The notes under the pieces: generated by a model
The model's input: only the letters and a program-made list of their open reading frames with translations
Told to the model about the DNA's origin: nothing
Databases searched by the model: none
NCBI GenBank assembly: GCA_046861395.1
Contig: JBHHUC010000064.1
Location: 1 to 11,194, forward strand
Source: Fidelibacterota bacterium
GTDB lineage: Bacteria; Fidelibacterota; Marinisomatia; Marinisomatales; JABMOV01
Reading direction: 5' to 3'
Length of the DNA: 11,194 nucleotides
Program-made: the position numbers and the translations under genes
Shown here: in pieces, positions 8,582 to 11,194 of the stretch
Layout: each line of letters begins with the position of its first letter
Numbering within the stretch: position 1 is the stretch's first letter

Positions 8582-10390
8582 TTGAGACAAAAAACATTAC
8601 ATATTTTCATCCTGTGCGTGGGTATGAGCGGCATTCTCTCGGCCCAGGATCAAATGGTGATTCATGACGTGATCCTGGAAGGAAATCGTTCCATCCAGGG
8701 TCGTGAACTGAAATCCTATCTCCGTGTCGAAAACCGTCACTGGTATTCCACGAAATCCTTCGACCGAAGGATCATCCATATGGATGCCTTGACTATCAAA
8801 ACCTATTATCTATCCCGGGGATTTCTGTCTGTTACTGTACGGGATTCGATTGCTTATCTGGATGACAAGGTTGATGTATATTATAAAATACGGGAAGGGA
8901 AGCAGTATTATTTACGTTCCGTGACGGTCCGTGGCAATACGATCTTACCTGAAACGACCATCATCGATCTCTTGGGTTTCTGGGTGCACGAACCCTATAA
9001 TCCGGTCTATGCCAACAGCCAGTTATCCGTCCTGGAGGAAGAATACCAGCGTTATGGGAAATTGTATGCCACCGTAAATATTTCCGATGCAGTGACAGAT
9101 TCAGTTGATGTCGTGGTCTGGATTAAGGAAGGAATTGACGTTTTTGTCAAACGGATAATTATCGAAGGAAATGAGCCGGTGAAGCGCCATCTCGTTGAAC
9201 GTGAAGTCACCATTGATACCATGGCATTATTTCAACTAGACCGCATCGAAGAAACACAACGCCGGATAAAGGAAACGGGAGTTTTTTCCCTGGTGAATAT
9301 TTCACCGGTACGAGCCGGAAGTGCCGATTCACTGGTGAATCTATTGATTGAATTGCGTCAGTTTAAAACCAGAGAGTGGATATCTGAAGGAGGTGTGTAC
9401 CCGGTTGAATTTTTCGAAAACAATGATCCATTACCCGGGATCGGTGGTATCATTGAATGGCGAAACCGCAGTTTATTTAATTCAACAACCAGTTTCTCCA
9501 CCAAATTATCGGGCCATTTACCTTTTGAGCAGACCTTTTATTATCCCAAAATAACATTCAATATGTCCTTGGCCAATCAATGGTTTCTAGGCCAGCGAAT
9601 ACCGACGAAGATGCAATTTTATTACGAAACCCTGAAAAAAGTCGGTGAAACTGAGAAACCCAACATCCATCGCTATGGCTGGGAAATTTCCAATAAGTAT
9701 TCTTTTGACAACCGATCCTTCATGCGAACCGGTATTAACTGGGAAAAATTTATTGAACCACGAGAGTATGATATGGACAATAACCGTGAGACCAAGGATA
9801 TTGAGCAACGATCGATTGATGCCGATCTCCATCTGGACTATTCAGACGATCCTCTTTTCCCCACCCAGGGTTATCGATTTGATATAAGCCTTTCCCAATC
9901 CGGAGGCATGTTGCTGGGGGGGACCCGATCTTATTTCAAATATGACTTGGGTATCGGTACCTATATTCCGTTATTCCGGCAGATTATTATCGGCGGCAGA
10001 ATAAAATATGGGCAGATTAACGGGTGGTCGTCGGAGTATGATGATTTGCGATTCGATTTATTTTATCTGGGCGGTTCCTCCAGTTTGCGGGGATGGGATA
10101 CCTTCATGTTCAGCACTTTAAACGGTCTCCCGGCTGGAAATACAATTCGACTCCTAACAAATTGGGAAATTCGTTTCCCTCTGTTCTGGTTGCTGGGTAT
10201 GGAAATTTTCGTGGATGGAGGACAATTGACTTCTCACACCAAAGCGGTAGCGGTAGATAGAATGGAGTGGAATACGGGCGCCGGGTTAACCTTGAGAACA
10301 CCACTTGGTCCTATCCGTCTGGATTATGCTTGGCCGGTCGATAATAGGCAGGACTGGAAAATTCATTTAGGCGTTCATTACATTTTCTAG
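8582..10390 (+). CDS. Omp85-family outer membrane protein (TamA/BamA-like; about 3 POTRA domains plus a beta-barrel)
   Basis: 602 aa with a TTG start 9 nt after the tamB stop and a signal peptide ending ...GILSA|Q. Three POTRA-like starts (VILEGN, VTVRGN, IIIEGN) and the YYLSRGF and YQRYG motifs are present. The barrel has loop-6 motif FYLGGSSSLRGW, IFVDGG, GAGLTLRTPLGPIRLDYAW and a terminal Phe. Confidence 0.9.
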   Translation: MRQKTLHIFILCVGMSGILSAQDQMVIHDVILEGNRSIQGRELKSYLRVENRHWYSTKSFDRRIIHMDALTIKTYYLSRGFLSVTVRDSIAYLDDKVDVYYKIREGKQYYLRSVTVRGNTILPETTIIDLLGFWVHEPYNPVYANSQLSVLEEEYQRYGKLYATVNISDAVTDSVDVVVWIKEGIDVFVKRIIIEGNEPVKRHLVEREVTIDTMALFQLDRIEETQRRIKETGVFSLVNISPVRAGSADSLVNLLIELRQFKTREWISEGGVYPVEFFENNDPLPGIGGIIEWRNRSLFNSTTSFSTKLSGHLPFEQTFYYPKITFNMSLANQWFLGQRIPTKMQFYYETLKKVGETEKPNIHRYGWEISNKYSFDNRSFMRTGINWEKFIEPREYDMDNNRETKDIEQRSIDADLHLDYSDDPLFPTQGYRFDISLSQSGGMLLGGTRSYFKYDLGIGTYIPLFRQIIIGGRIKYGQINGWSSEYDDLRFDLFYLGGSSSLRGWDTFMFSTLNGLPAGNTIRLLTNWEIRFPLFWLLGMEIFVDGGQLTSHTKAVAVDRMEWNTGAGLTLRTPLGPIRLDYAWPVDNRQDWKIHLGVHYIF

Positions 10391-10430
10391 GGAACCTGTT
10401 TCGCCTTCCGGTGTATGAGGGGCAAATCTA

Positions 10431-10460
10431 TTGCGATGTGAGGAAGGCGCCGTCTAAATT
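10431..10460 (+). promoter_or_regulatory. Possible promoter for the TPR lipoprotein gene
   Basis: TTGCGA (10431-10436), 18 nt, then TAAATT (10455-10460), followed by a GC-rich CCGCC, in the roughly 105 nt intergenic gap. Confidence 0.3.
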
Positions 10461-10495
10461 CCGCCACTTTTTTAATCAAATCAATGGAACATAAA

Positions 10496-11194
10496 ATGCG
10501 ACGTACGCTTGTTTCAATCGGAATCATTCTGCTCCTGGTAACAGGATGCGGAAAATCTCCTGACACTTTAATGGACCTGGCCCGTGAGCAAACGGCATCC
10601 GGGGAATACGATCTTGCGATTCAGAGTTATGATGAAGTTCTAAATATTCACCCGGATGATAGTCTGGCGGCAGATGCATTATATGCCAAAGCCAGGGTAT
10701 TTCTCGATAATAAATCCGATTATGAGCAGGGCTTTACCTTCTTGCGACAAGTAACGGAACAGTATCCTGACAGTAAAATTGCCGGGATCGCAGCATCTGA
10801 AGTGGCCTATTTCCCGGACTGGTTACAGAATGTTGCCGAATCCTACCGCAATAAGAACGAGATCCAGAAGGCAATCCAGGCCCTCCAGTATCTGGTGGAA
10901 CATTTTCCCGATTCTGAAAAGGCTCCCCGCGCTCAATATCTGATTGGTGATATTTATATGAATGATTTACGGGATTTCACCAAAGCTATTGGAAATTATC
11001 AACAGGTTATTGAACAATTTGCCGGCAGCGGACAGGATGCTCACGCCCAGTTCATGATTGGGTACATCTATGCCAATATACTTCAGGATGAAGATCAGGC
11101 CCGTTTGGCGTATCAGACCTTTATCGATACCTACCCTACGCACGAATTAATTCCTTCAGTAAGCTTTGAGTTGGAATACCTAGGAATGGATATC
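10496..11194 (+). CDS. Tetratricopeptide-repeat lipoprotein, BamD/YfiO- or CpoB-like (3'-truncated)
   Basis: Not in the ORF track because there is no stop codon in the window. My translation gives 233 open codons from ATG 10496, with an alternative in-frame ATG at 10484. It starts MRRTLVSIGIILLLVTGC-GKSPD, with the lipobox Cys at 10547-10549. Repeated TPR-like units follow: YDLAIQSYDEVLNIHPDDSLAADALY, FLRQVTEQYPDS, KAIQALQYLVEHFPDSEKAPRAQYLIGDIY, KAIGNYQQVIEQFAGSGQDAHAQFMIGYIY, QARLAYQTFIDTYPTHE. Confidence 0.88.
   Translation, partial: MRRTLVSIGIILLLVTGCGKSPDTLMDLAREQTASGEYDLAIQSYDEVLNIHPDDSLAADALYAKARVFLDNKSDYEQGFTFLRQVTEQYPDSKIAGIAASEVAYFPDWLQNVAESYRNKNEIQKAIQALQYLVEHFPDSEKAPRAQYLIGDIYMNDLRDFTKAIGNYQQVIEQFAGSGQDAHAQFMIGYIYANILQDEDQARLAYQTFIDTYPTHELIPSVSFELEYLGMDI

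Noticed and set aside
1..11194. CRISPR arrays, IS elements, tRNA/rRNA genes or prophage genes
   Set aside because: The window is almost entirely coding, with intergenic gaps of at most about 116 nt. I saw no periodic repeats, transposase or integrase motifs, or tRNA-like folds.

Overview
An all plus-strand housekeeping region from a diderm bacterium. The sequence signatures suggest the FCB superphylum, but this is an inference. In order, the window holds: the 3' end of a LolD/MacB/FtsE-type ABC ATPase; clpC (AAA+ Clp protease subunit); a stand-alone dnaK with a sigma54-like upstream motif and an intrinsic terminator; a TamB/AsmA-like protein of about 1250 aa; an Omp85 (TamA/BamA-family) protein; and a TPR lipoprotein that runs off the 3' end. 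The lipoprotein resembles BamD/CpoB and is missing from the supplied ORF track. I saw no mobile elements, CRISPR arrays or RNA genes. The most interesting points are a tamB-omp85-TPR lipoprotein cluster, which could be a three-component TAM/BAM-like outer-membrane assembly module, and the regulatory architecture around dnaK. I cannot claim a clearly novel system from the sequence alone.
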